Source: Batkoa obscura (Eukaryota). Taken from it: DNA of 64,000 nucleotides. A program made the translations under genes and the position numbers. Shown here piece by piece: positions 50,442 to 62,629 of the stretch; the first letter of the stretch is position 1; the number at the start of each line of letters is the position of its first letter. The notes beneath the pieces are model-generated. The model saw nothing but the letters and a program-made list of their open reading frames with translations. It had not been told where the DNA came from and made no database searches. The stretch spans positions 1 to 64,000 of the forward strand of contig JASVEC010000023.1 of NCBI GenBank assembly GCA_030770535.1. The letters run 5' to 3'.

Positions 50442-51800
50442 ATGTCAACCAAATTTGACTAACTACCAAACATTATGCTAGAAAAGGTATTTTCACTATT
50501 GGAACCAAATGAGTTGTTTAATTATCGGATGTTAAATAAATAGATTAAAATTATTAATTATCTCGTTAACAAAAAATAATGAATTCAGTTTACTGCTCAT
50601 CTTAGAAGTATTCAAAGTATTAAAATTTTTTTATCAAAGAGAAGCCGGTATTAGCGAAGCATATATATATACAATAACGACCTTAAATACATAAATTGTT
50701 ATCAAAATACAACATTTATGGATTATATTGCTTTTTTTAGTGGCGACAATAATAATACTAGTATAAAGATGAAGTAGAAGTTAAACTCACAAACCTAAAA
50801 AGGTTACTTAGATATTCTTACAAAATGATCAAGTCCTTAGCTTTTTGATAATTGTTTATATCTGGTTAAAGGTTTATATCCGGTTAAAGCCCTTATAAGT
50901 GAGGAAGGTAATATAATTCTTAACGAGATGATCGATTATCATAGTCTAAAGTAATTTAAGATTGCTTATGTTCTATTCGAAGGACGATTTCCATCTTGAT
51001 GACTTGAATTTACTTAAGATGAGATTCAACAGATTAAAAAGATTAATTTTACCCATTTCTGAAATCCTTTTCACTTCTATCAGATTCAATCCCAATTTAA
51101 ATTTTAATATTAACTTATAATTCGAAGTTAGCCAAAATTCCAAAGACTTTGATATCAGCTGTTTAGGAAACCTATAAAAATCGAAAAGTATATAATCAAT
51201 TGATTATTGTGACCATTTTTTTTAGATTGAACGAGAGAGATGATAATAATATAAGTCTTGTTGAATGGAATACTATTGTTCTTTGTGTGACCTTGGTCTA
51301 ATATATCCAGTTGATCATGGTTTCATGAAATTGTCCACTTTAAAAGAATTGATCATTAAAGAATTTTTAATAGGAGTTTTAAAAGTAAATTGCTTATTTT
51401 CAAACGTTGAAAAGATTAAAGTTAATAATGATAATTCAATTCAATATGAATTTATAAGACAAATTATTTTGGAAAAGCTTGATAATCATCATCGAGATTT
51501 AGAGCTTATTTTCTATCTTTATTTCCAAACCTTGAGGCAATTGACATTTTGAATATTTGTTCTAATTATGTAAGTAATTCAATGAGTGATACCCTTACGA
51601 TCTCTCTCTCTGATCTATCGAATAATATAGGACCAATAATGAATGCTTTAAGGGCAATACTAAGTCATCTAGCCCCTTTTGACTCTATTCCTAATGCATC
51701 CAATATTTTTTTACAAAGACCTACTATTTCACAATATCAGCCTAAAGTCCTAATATTTATAATAATGAAGTTTCTAATCAAATTCAAAGTCCTGTATTAA
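50442..51800 (+). pseudogene. F-box/LRR pseudogene, paralogue of the 60184 and 62630 genes
   Basis: MSTKFD*LPNIMLEKVFSLLEPNELFNYRMLNK*; RFNPN.NF, FDISCLGNL and QRPTISQYQPK fragments with many stops and frameshifts. Confidence 0.92.
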
Positions 51801-52154
51801 TAAAAACAAAACAGCTTATTATTATTTTAATTTTATTATTTGTTATCTACTATTTGGATTTCAATATTGTTTTATTGTGCTATTTTCTATTGTTAAAAAA
51901 AGAACTTAAAATTGAATTAATTCCTTCAATATATTAGGTTTAGTAATGTTATGTATATATTTACTAAGTTACACCCTTTATAAAAGCCTTTATTTCTTCT
52001 ATAAGACTCTAAACTTTACACAATAATATTATTTTCTTTTAAGTTAACCTTTATCTTTTTTACAATTCCTTTATCAATCATACTCACTCTTCACGTTTAA
52101 TGAGAAATTTTGTAGATTAACAAAAGAAAAAGAAGCTCATTTTATCTTATTACT

Positions 52155-52255
52155 TGGGGATGTATTTTTGTATTTAAGAATTTTACTAATAATTTTTCCA
52201 CTCAAATAGCGCTTAAAAGATGGAAAAAGTAATGAAGCCAAAAAAAACACTCCTA
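52155..52255 (+). mobile_element. 100-bp MITE family copy
   Basis: Near-consensus body, TSD ct/ct. Confidence 0.92.
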
Positions 52256-53068
52256 CTTCTTCTTCTTTTAGTATTATCAAATTGCTATCTTGAATTCCTA
52301 TATTAATATAAAATTCTATTGATTTATTTTTATCTCTTGTCTTTTAATATCATTTATTATTAAATATTGAAATTTACATTTCAAATAAAATCAATTATAA
52401 TTTTAGCCTTAGAAGATAATATAAGGGTTGAATCATATCTCTCAATTATTATAAAAATAAGAAAGTAATATAGATACTTAATATTAAATGTTAAATATCT
52501 AAGATAAACTAGAATTTTAGGATAGTAATAAACTTATAGTTGATTAAAATTCAAGTGAACAAAGTGTACTAATAGATAATTAAAAGAGATTTATACTTTA
52601 AGTTGAAGATTATTTGAGAGATACTAGGTTATGGAATACATATAAATTAACTTAATACAAATCGTTAAACTATTTTTAATTTATTTCGGTTTTAAAATTA
52701 AATTAAATTTAACACTTGCTAAAATTAGTTAAATTTAATAATTAAACTAAACTTTAATCAATATCATTTGATTTAACTAAAATATGGGTAATAAAATAAA
52801 AGTATATATAAAAATAATAATTTAAAAATAAAAAAATATAAACAAAAATTCAATACTAAACTAATATTAATAACCTAAATAATGACTAACATAATTTATA
52901 AATTTACATTAATTTTATTAATTTCCAGTTTTATTTTACCTTTTTTTCGTCCAAATAGTATTATAGATTATTATAATCAACAAGAAGAAAATAATAAAAA
53001 TAACAATCACAATCATAACAATCAAGTTTAATCCTCAAGCTCCTTTCTCTCCTGTCCTCTATCCTTTA

Positions 53069-55690
53069 CTATAAGCAATAACTCATAAACTTACTAAACA
53101 GATCCTAAAAATAGATTGTTATTAATATCTTTTATTCATCTAGACTGTATCTAGCTTACTAATACTTTATTATCTATCCAGTCTTTAAACGTTAAATCAA
53201 ATCTATTAAAATCTTTACTTAATAAAATAAATTGTTTTAAACTCATTTTGTTTAATATTAATTGTGAATTAAATGGTGTAAATAATCCTAGATTATTTAA
53301 AAATAATTCATGTTGGCTTAATTCCTTAACTAACCATGTTCGATCTTGCCATGTAACTGAATTGGTATTGTAAGCTTGATTACTGATATGTCGAATTAGA
53401 AATATTGTCATTGGTGTTGAATAGGAATAATAAATAGTTATTAATTTATTAAATTTATTATTATTATTATTATTATTATATTCTTTTTCAATTTGATTTA
53501 ATTGAGTATAAAATAGATTTAAATTCAATTGAATAGGTTGTGTTAAATAAGTTGTATTAAATTCAAAATCAATTTTTTGAATTTCAAATATAATAGTTAA
53601 CTTAGATACTATTAATAAAGCTAATTTAATAAAACTAATTAAATGATATATCCCTTTTCTACCATTATGAATTTGATATAAGTCACGTAATTTATGTATT
53701 TTTATCCCATTTAATTCATCTAATATAAAATCAAATGCTGGATTATCAATATTTATATTATTAAATAAATTCTATTTATATATTAATAAATAATAAACAT
53801 AAATATAATAGTTATTACCCTTATAGTTAAGTTTCTTGGTATAACTTCAATATTGTAAATTGATAATTTCTTGATAAAATTTCGATTTAATATAAATTTT
53901 TCATTTATAAAATAAATATATTTTTGTTTTTTATCAATTTCATAATTATGAACATCAATTTGAATCTCTTTTTCAGTATTTTTTTGAATTAGTTCTAATG
54001 TAATTATTTTTATTTATTTACTATTAACAAATAATAATACCTTCTTTTAATGAAATTGATTTATATTTTTTTATTTGTGTAATATAATTAAATACATCAA
54101 TTTTTTCATTATTTATTATTATTGTTTCATTTTTTCTTTTATATTGATTTAAAGTATTAAAGTTAGGTATTAAAAGTGGTGATTCATTTTCAAATATGTT
54201 TTTGTTAGGTTGATCCATTTTTCTTATAATATTTCGAAATTTTATTCTCTTCTTTTTATTAATAATTGGATCTTTTACTTTATCATTAATTGCTTGGTAT
54301 TGTTGATCTTTATTTGAAATTGAATTTATAAATAATCTTTCACATTCTTTTATCAACTCTTTACTATTATTAATAAAATGATTTTGATTTTGATATGGAT
54401 TGTCAATTATATAGTGAATGTAATTTGCTAAATAATGTATTAATATGATACAATATAAAAATTTAGCTTACTTTTTAAATCTAATAAATTTTTGTATTTA
54501 AGGTTATTTAATGAATATTTTAATTGATCATTCATAAACTCCAAATAGCCACATTTAAGTACTTCTATATCATTGTTATTTGAATTTCCAAAATGACTAT
54601 TAAAAGTATCATCGTCAGTTGATATTTGTTTTCTTAAAGTATTGTTTATCAATAAATTTAACTGAGTTAATTCTATATTTATACTGTTAATATTTAATAG
54701 ATATACATGTTTTAACTTATACCGAGTTTGATATTATTTATATTCTTATTATCTTTTAAAAAGTAATTTTGTATATCTGTTTTAAAATCAATTTTATTCC
54801 TACTAAAATATAAGTAAAGCATTAAAATGAATATGTAAAACCTTAAATCAAGTTTCGGTTCTACCATATATTTGCTTGTATCATTAACTTCATTATTATT
54901 ATCTGCTTCAAACATTGAACCTAAACTTTGTAATGCTTTATATTGATTCACTAAACTACCATTTAAAGCTAATTTCAATTTTATAGGAAGTTCAAGTTCT
55001 ACATTGATTTCCAATTCTAAATCAAAAGTAAGGATTGAAATATCAAAACTTAATTATATACCCTTTAAATAAAGTTTTCTTTCTAATAATCTTTTTAAAT
55101 AGATTCTAATATCATGATTCAGATTAAATCTAATAAAAGTTAATAAATGTCATAGTACTTCTATTGTTACTTTGGATTTGGATTATTTTTTATACAAATT
55201 ATTTCACTTTCTATTTCTATTACATCTTTTTTCTTTAAAATAAGGATATCATTGACTTTGTCATCAAATAGTTTTGGTAGACTATATATTAATTCATCCA
55301 ATTTAACAGGGACTAAATAAAAAGGTTGTTCTTATCTAATTAAAAGATTGTTTAAATTTGTTACATCCTTACCATAATAAACCTGATTTAATATCTTTTT
55401 AAACTCATGAACTTGCTTACATCTTATTCTTGAACCATTTTGATTAAATATTGAATGCTTTAGTTTTAATTCTAATTGATCAAACTCTGTATATTCTTTA
55501 ATCTTATTCATTGATAGATCCCCAAACTTTAATACTATTTTATTACATAACGCCAATTCATAGCCTAATTATTAGTATATTGAATTTAATATAATAAATA
55601 TTTACTAGTTGACATTAAGTTCAACCCTTGTATACACCTCCTCAATTCCAAATCTTGAATATTGTTATATCTATTATCATCCACCATCAT
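53069..55690 (-). CDS. Multi-exon protein with C-terminal ERCC4/XPF-like and HhH-like region; probable SHOC1/Zip2-like meiotic factor
   Basis: Chain of minus-strand exons with GT-AG introns; IEVIPRN..FDFILDE; DRTWLVKELSQHELFLNNLGLFTPFNSQLILNKMSLKQFILL resembles the SHOC1 C-terminus as recalled. Exon boundaries approximate. Confidence 0.6.
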
Positions 55691-55821
55691 TAATACAATT
55701 TTCCAATTTATAAAAAAGAAATAAACAATTTAATAATTTCAAATACCAAAAAAGACAATCAAATCATAATCAAAAGTTCAAATTTAAAATGCATTTTTTA
55801 GTCCAATTAACAAATAAAGTA

Positions 55822-56411
55822 ATGTCTTTAACTGTTGTATTATATAACACAATAAGTTTAATAGCAGTGGCCTGTTGTTGGGGTTTAACCAATCCATTTA
55901 TAAAGTTAGGCAGTAAAGGGTTGGAAGATATAAAAGCTCATCAAAAAGAATGGTATTATCAAACATATGAAGAACTAAAATTTTTGTTTACAAACTGGAA
56001 AGTAAGATAAAATAAAAATTTAATTTCAATTGATATTAATGACATTAATTATTATTTTAGTATGTCTTACCGTTATTAATCAATCTTTCTGGTTCTGCTG
56101 TTTATTATTATACTTTAGGACAAGCTGGTAAGTTTTAAAAAAATTTAGAAATACTCTCATCACTTTGTTAATGGTAATATTCTATTTCAATTATTAGATT
56201 TATCTTTAGCAGTACCAATAACTAATTCTTTAACTTTAATATTTACTTTATTGGGTGGTAAATTATTAGGTGAAAACATTAATTTTAAAGGTAATTTTAT
56301 TAGTTATAATAGAAAGATTTAAATGACTATGTATTTTTCTTTAAAATAGATATTTGGTTCGGCATGTTATTAGTTATTGTTGGAGTTACTTTATGTGTTT
56401 TATCTAAATGA
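55822..56411 (+). CDS. TMEM234-like small multi-pass membrane protein
   Basis: WGLTNPFIK, WKYVLPLLINLSGSAVYYYTLGQADLSLAVPITNSLTLIFT, GMLLVIVGVTLC; 4 exons; alternative ATG at 55789. Confidence 0.9.
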
Positions 56412-56861
56412 ATAATAAACCCTCCTTTTTTCTAATCGTTATTTGGTCAGTTTGATGATATTAAACTTTAGTTAGAGTAAATGTATATTGTTTTTATTGA
56501 CATATTTTTGTTGTCTTTTACTAAAAACTAAATGAATATATATTTGATATCGTTTAATGCTAAAGTGATTATTATTTAACTATAATAGTTAAAGTTGTAC
56601 ATAAATTTCAAATATCTTATTATTTAAAATACATATAAGATATAAAAATAAAACTAAACATTGATTTAATAATGACCTAGCTCTATGAATAAGCCAATAA
56701 TAATTTTATTCGCATCCAAAAAAATAAGTTTCTATTTCCAAATCATAAGCCACTTCATTTTCGTTTATGCATACAAATTTCAATTTGGAATTTTAAAGTG
56801 ACTACTTTTATAATAAAAAAATGTCTTTTTAATAAATTCCACTTTTTAATTCTTTTTTAAA

Positions 56862-58042
56862 ATGGATCCTATCTTAGAGCCAATAACCGATCAATTGGAG
56901 AATAAAACATTAGGAGAAGGGATGGAAGAGCCAGTAGAAGAAATTGAAGCTGAAAAAAATCCAACCTCTTTTTTTGACGGTAATTTGATTAATTGAAAAT
57001 TCATTTTATTTTTAATCTTCAAAAACTAGAAAATAAACTATTAGAACCAACTTGTTCAAACACAACAACGTCAATCTCGAATCATAATCTAACGGAAGGA
57101 GATATAGCGACAGTTGAAGAAAAACGGAATAGTTCAAACACAATAACTTCGAAAGAATGTGGGATGATAATAGAAAAACAAAGTAGTTCGAATACCATAA
57201 TTTCAGAAGCCACTTCAACTTCAACTAGAATTTCAGAGCCAAAATTAATTCGACGAAAGTCTTCCACTGTAACGAAAGAAACGGAATCCAAAAAACAAAA
57301 AATTGTTGAAGAGCCAAGTACCAATAGTGGATTTTCTTGTAATATATGGTAAGTTTTTAAAATTTTGATTGAATTTGGTTATTTTAATTTTTCTAAAAAA
57401 TATATATATAGTTTTGATACTGCTTCAAATCCAGTGTTGACTTTATGTGGTCATTTATATTGTTGGTCTTGTTTACATTTATGGTTAAGATCACAACCAC
57501 AGAACCCACTATGTCCAGTATGTAAAGCTGGTTGTGGTAAAGATAAAGTTATACCTGTTTATGGTAGAGGTTCCGACATGAAAGATCCTAGGTAAACTTA
57601 AAATTAATCTTTATTTAAATGTAAAAATATTCAATAAAATAATTGTTTCGCAGATTAGAAGAATCTATACCAGAAAGACCAAAAGGTCAACGGCCTGAAG
57701 CAAATTCAGCAAGAAGGCCATTGATTTGGGAAAGCTATATTGAAACTGATGTTAGTTTTAGATACCCGGGTTTATTAAATATTGTTCAAGATCTATTTCC
57801 CAATTTGGAAGCTCGTAGGGTAAGTTTTGATTTTTAATTATTGAAATATTTTTTAATAATTTTAATTTTATAGAATTATAATGTAAGGTTGAATCAAGGT
57901 AGACGTAAGTCTTTATACTTTTAATTAATTGTAAGAAGCTAATAGGCCTTTTTTTCTAGGTGAAATGGAACAACAAGCTTTTTTATCAAGGCTATTTTTA
58001 TTAATTGGGGCTCTTTTAGTAGCTTCCAGTTTTTTTGATTAA
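56862..58042 (+). CDS. RNF5/RMA1-like RING E3 ubiquitin ligase with C-terminal membrane anchor
   Basis: [28 protein letters not shown].....CPVCKA......[32 protein letters not shown]. Confidence 0.93.
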
Positions 58043-58298
58043 ATTTCGAGTTGAGTTTTTTGATGTAATTTTATTGTTTATATATATGATATTACAACTA
58101 AAGAGTACAAAGTTTAAATGGTAGCTTTTTTATTTTAATCCTCTATGTTTTTATTAATTGTATTATTAACTTTATAGTTGAGCGTAATAAGATAACCTAT
58201 AATGATAAAATAATAAAAGATAACTAATATTAAACGTCAACTTTATTTTAACTAAATTTTAAATTTTACACAAAAAGAATTCTAAATTCGATTCTATC

Positions 58299-58820
58299 TT
58301 AATGACAGTTTAAACATTTAGTATAACTATCCACAGCGTCATGACTGGAAATAAATCAGTACTTGTGTTAAAGTAAAAAGGATTATTATAAACTTACTAA
58401 GTAATAGAACAATGGTTGCAAATATTTAATTCACATTGACAGCACTCGGTTCTACAATTAAGACATAGTCCAGTTCCACATTGTTCACATAATACAAAAT
58501 CAGATTGTTTATGAATCATGGCACAACTCCAACATTTTATACTGCTACTTTCTATTTTTAAAAAAGTCTTGTTAATATGATAAAAAAAGGCTCGCTATTA
58601 GTTACCTACCTTGTTCATTATCGATTTCTTTTTGTTCTAAATAACTAAATCAACACCATTTTAATCAAATAAACAATAACATCCACTTACTAAGCATCCA
58701 AAATCCATTAGGTAGTAGAGTAGGATCTAATTTGTTTTTTTGCTTCAATGTTAAATAAGATAAACTGGAACTTAACTCATGTAATCCAACATTATCTTCT
58801 ATTATTTTACGTTTATTCAT
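58299..58820 (-). CDS. 118-aa Cys-rich protein with Siva-like zinc-finger region (4 exons; absent from ORF track)
   Basis: Exons 58820-58691, 58636-58610, 58551-58398 and 58344-58299 join in frame via GT-AG introns; CWSC..CEQCGTGLCLNCRTECCQCELNICNHC...CLNC. Confidence 0.8.
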
Positions 58821-60183
58821 TACAGTTTAGTAAATATAATCAAAGCTTTACATTTTGAATTTAACTTACTAATTCGAAATTTCAACTTTCCATATTAACA
58901 CCAAATTTTAAAAAGTTACCAAAAAACAGTTGAAATGCTTAGTTTCCCACAATTGGAAATCAACCAAAATCACATGGGCTGAATAAAAAGGTTGAAACAT
59001 TTACTGTATTTTCTTTATCCAATCAGTAGGAAATTCTTTACCTGTAAAGACATTTCTTTTACAAACAAATGATGCAAACGGCCGTTGATGAAGCTCCATG
59101 ATTCATATAAGCCAATGCAGGGGAGCTAACAACACCCACTGTGTTAACTTGCTGATAACCATAATAATAATAAAACTAGAAATTTAAAATACTTGAAGTC
59201 TATTTAAGACAAGACTATGGCTCGAATCTAAAGGATAGAGCAATGTTATGAGAATTCAAGACTTAGTTTGTAATATTACTATTTTAATGAATCAATTTGG
59301 ATCATTGAAGATGTAAAATTAATTTTGTAAAAAGGGAATAAGTAAGACTTTAAATATTAATAAACTATAGTTATAAAAAGTGTATAAAAATAATAGAATT
59401 TATTCTATTACTTACAGTATTTGAGTTTATTTAGAGAGTAGGTTACCTAGGTTATTAAACTTTCAAGTTTGTATTTAGTATGATTTAAATTTGTAGTAGT
59501 AAATAGTTTTTATTGTGAATAACTTCTTTTTCTCTATTTTTAGTTCTTAAACCAATAGACACTGTTTTATTTATAAATTATTATACTCATTATATATTAT
59601 TATCTTTACTTTTGATTATTATATTTTAATTAAATATCAGTGTTATACTAACTTTTTTATTACTCTGATTTTAGCTCTATTATTAATACTGCAGACTCTG
59701 TCCTCGTCAATATTTCAAAACTAGTAATCAAATTCGATTGGAAGTGGGAGAGAAGCAATGTAATTGGATAATCAATTAATCCTTTATTAATCAATGGGAT
59801 TTAAGATCTATAAAAAGGGATAACGAAAAGGTAAGAAAGAGAAAAAAGGATGTAATGAGCAGCTTAAGGTAAGCAATACTTAAATAAACTAAGAAGTAGA
59901 AATTCTAACACATTGATATTACTAAAAGATTGTTATCTCTAAATTAAGTTGCAGATAGGGGGTTGATTTAAATACTAAAAACTCAATATTGAATCAAATT
60001 AATATTAAAGTTTAAAAAAATACATTTCAAATACGAATTTTAATGATTAACTACTAAATTAGGTTAATTTTTTATAATGAAAAAAGACATTAAATAGAAT
60101 ATATAAGCATCAAATATAGAATATATGAGTAGCAATACAAATGTTTATTTTGTAAATACAAAATATGCGAGTTTGGTATTAGC

Positions 60184-61602
60184 TTAGCTTCTAAGATAAA
60201 CATTTATCATTGTATTCTTTTTAATTTCTTTATGAGCCTTTTTATCATAAATTGGAGCAATCAACAACAATGGAGCTGTAGGCTTATATTGTGAAATACT
60301 AGGCCTTTGGGGAAAGTCATTTGATACATCAGAAAAAGAGTCAAGAGGAGATAAAAGCCTTAAAAATGGTTTTACAGCATTCATTAATGGTCCAGTCATA
60401 TTTGATAAACTAGAGAGTGATGTTTTAAGAAGTCCTCTTATTTGTCTATTTGTATTTTTAGGGAGAAAGGTGTAAATTTTAATTGATTCAAGATTTGGGA
60501 ATAAAGATAAGAAGGAAGCGAAATCTTGAAGAGTATTATCAAACCTATTTACAACAATTTGTTTTATAAAATTGCACTTAACTGAATCATTGCTTATATC
60601 AATTGTATCTAGAATTCCAGAATCAGGTTCACTAATATCCATCTTTTGAATATTAGGCAATAAATAAATGGCTTTTAACACATCTATTGATAATCTTTTA
60701 ACAAATATTTCCTTTAACGTTGATAATTTCAAAAAACTATTGTCAATTGGATATGTTGAACCAAGAAAGCCTAAGCAAGCGATATTGCCCTCTTCAATAA
60801 ATTTGATGCTATTATAATTCTCATTGATTCCAAAATATTTTCCAGATTGATCAATGAATTTTACTCTTTTTAATTTTTGTAAGTTTCCCAGACAACTAAT
60901 ATCAAGCTCTTCAAATTCTCCCCTAATTTCTAGTTCTAAATTGGAATTAAAATTTATATTGGGATTGAATCTAGCAGGTGTAAATAGGGTTCCAGAAGTA
61001 GCTAAAATTAATCTTTTTAGCCTATTGAATTTTGTTTTAAGTAGGTCTATACCATCAAGATTCAAATGGTGGTCTGAAAAGAATACAAATATCCTTAAAT
61101 TGCTTAAATTACGATGTTGAATTGTTGCATTGATAGATATATCATCACCTCCAATTATAAGAGTTTCAACCTGATCCAAGCAGTTATCAAAAAAAGTTGG
61201 CAACTTGGCCATCCTATAAGAACATATAAATAACCTTTTTAAGTTTGGGAACTTAATTGTTGTTTCATCGAAAATAGTCATATTTTCATTAGTAACAGCA
61301 AATGAAGCTGTATAATCCATAGATGTTACATTTTGACATTGATTTATATATTCAAGGTTCTTATTTCCTATATCTATATGTTTCATCAATAGTGGGTTCT
61401 CTTTAATAAATCGTTCTTGGTGATCTGAATATTTTTGAGATAAGCGGAAATCTGAAGACATTAACTTTTGCTTAATGACATAATTGACAACTTTATATAT
61501 ATATTTATTTAACAGTCGATAATTGAACAATTCATCTGGTTTGACTAATTTGAATATCGCTTCTAGCACAATATCTGGTAGTTGATCAAATTTGATGGTC
61601 AT
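60184..61602 (-). CDS. F-box plus leucine-rich-repeat protein (lineage-expanded family)
   Basis: N-terminal FDQLPDIVLEAIF F-box; FPNLKRL and FPNLESI LRR-type units; intronless. Confidence 0.88.
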   Translation of the reverse strand: MTIKFDQLPDIVLEAIFKLVKPDELFNYRLLNKYIYKVVNYVIKQKLMSSDFRLSQKYSDHQERFIKENPLLMKHIDIGNKNLEYINQCQNVTSMDYTASFAVTNENMTIFDETTIKFPNLKRLFICSYRMAKLPTFFDNCLDQVETLIIGGDDISINATIQHRNLSNLRIFVFFSDHHLNLDGIDLLKTKFNRLKRLILATSGTLFTPARFNPNINFNSNLELEIRGEFEELDISCLGNLQKLKRVKFIDQSGKYFGINENYNSIKFIEEGNIACLGFLGSTYPIDNSFLKLSTLKEIFVKRLSIDVLKAIYLLPNIQKMDISEPDSGILDTIDISNDSVKCNFIKQIVVNRFDNTLQDFASFLSLFPNLESIKIYTFLPKNTNRQIRGLLKTSLSSLSNMTGPLMNAVKPFLRLLSPLDSFSDVSNDFPQRPSISQYKPTAPLLLIAPIYDKKAHKEIKKNTMINVYLRS

Positions 61603-62437
61603 TTGAATATAGAATGGTTGAAAAAATTACTCTGCATTTAGTTTGAAATGAGTTCATCTTTTTAAGGGAGAAATTTAATGTCGTAGTCTATTGGTTGAAA
61701 CAATTCATGTTCGCTTTTGATTTTATTTCGATTCGACTTAAGTGAAGATTGGGATTTGTTCTTTGTATTTATTAAGTTTAATCATAATGGCTTTTTCTAT
61801 TGTTCTATTTACTAATACGAAATTATAATTCCCAATCTACATTTAAATTGAATCAATATCAGAGGAAATGAATCAGCTCTATTAGAACAGAATATTGGCA
61901 AAATTTTTGGAACAAAAGACCATAAAACAGGTTTACTAAAACAATAAAAAGAACTAAAATACAACAAGATTCAATAAATTCTAAGTATTATGACATAATA
62001 TATGAATAGGTATAAACCAATATTCCATCGACTTTCATTATTCGAAACTTTTAATATTATTATCAAAAACCTAATGTACTTTTATTAATACAACGAACAT
62101 ATTGGCAATGAAATGCTACGAATTACAAGTATTCTAGAGTTTATATGAAGCTTTGGCAAATAACTGTTACTCCAATAGTAAAAGTCCTCTGGATTTGAAA
62201 ATTGATAATATAATCTAGCTAGATTTTGGAATAGATCTATAAATTTAAAGTTTAAATTCATAGTCAAACATCAAAGGTATCACCACCCAAAGCCATACAT
62301 ATTATCAATATACTCCCCAATAAATGATATTCATAATACAGAATAGTTTTTACAAGCATAGTACTTCAAATTACTGTAAAGCTAAACCATTATTTTATAA
62401 TAATAAATAACATTATAGCGAAATTTTAGATAGCATA

Positions 62438-62537
62438 TGAGGATATTTTTTTAGCTTCATTACTTTTTCTATCTTTTAGGTGTTATTTAAGTGGAAAGAT
62501 TGTTAGTAAAATTGTTAAGCACAAAAATACATCCCCA
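62438..62537 (-). mobile_element. 100-bp MITE family copy
   Basis: aaaaatacatcccca end, TSD ta/ta. Confidence 0.88.
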
Positions 62538-62629
62538 TATTGTATTTTTTTAAATAAATAGTAAATAAATCCAACTACAGCAAAATCATTTATTGGAGTT
62601 AATACAACAGATGAGAGACAGCTATTGAT

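Noticed and set aside
55235..55255. U12-type donor ATATCCTT on the minus strand
   Set aside because: Reads through as open coding sequence (DKVNDILILKK); no matching U12 branch site seen.
4207..62537. CRISPR or REP interpretation of the dispersed repeat
   Set aside because: Eukaryotic context; irregular spacing, mixed orientation, TIRs and TSDs indicate a DNA-transposon derivative.
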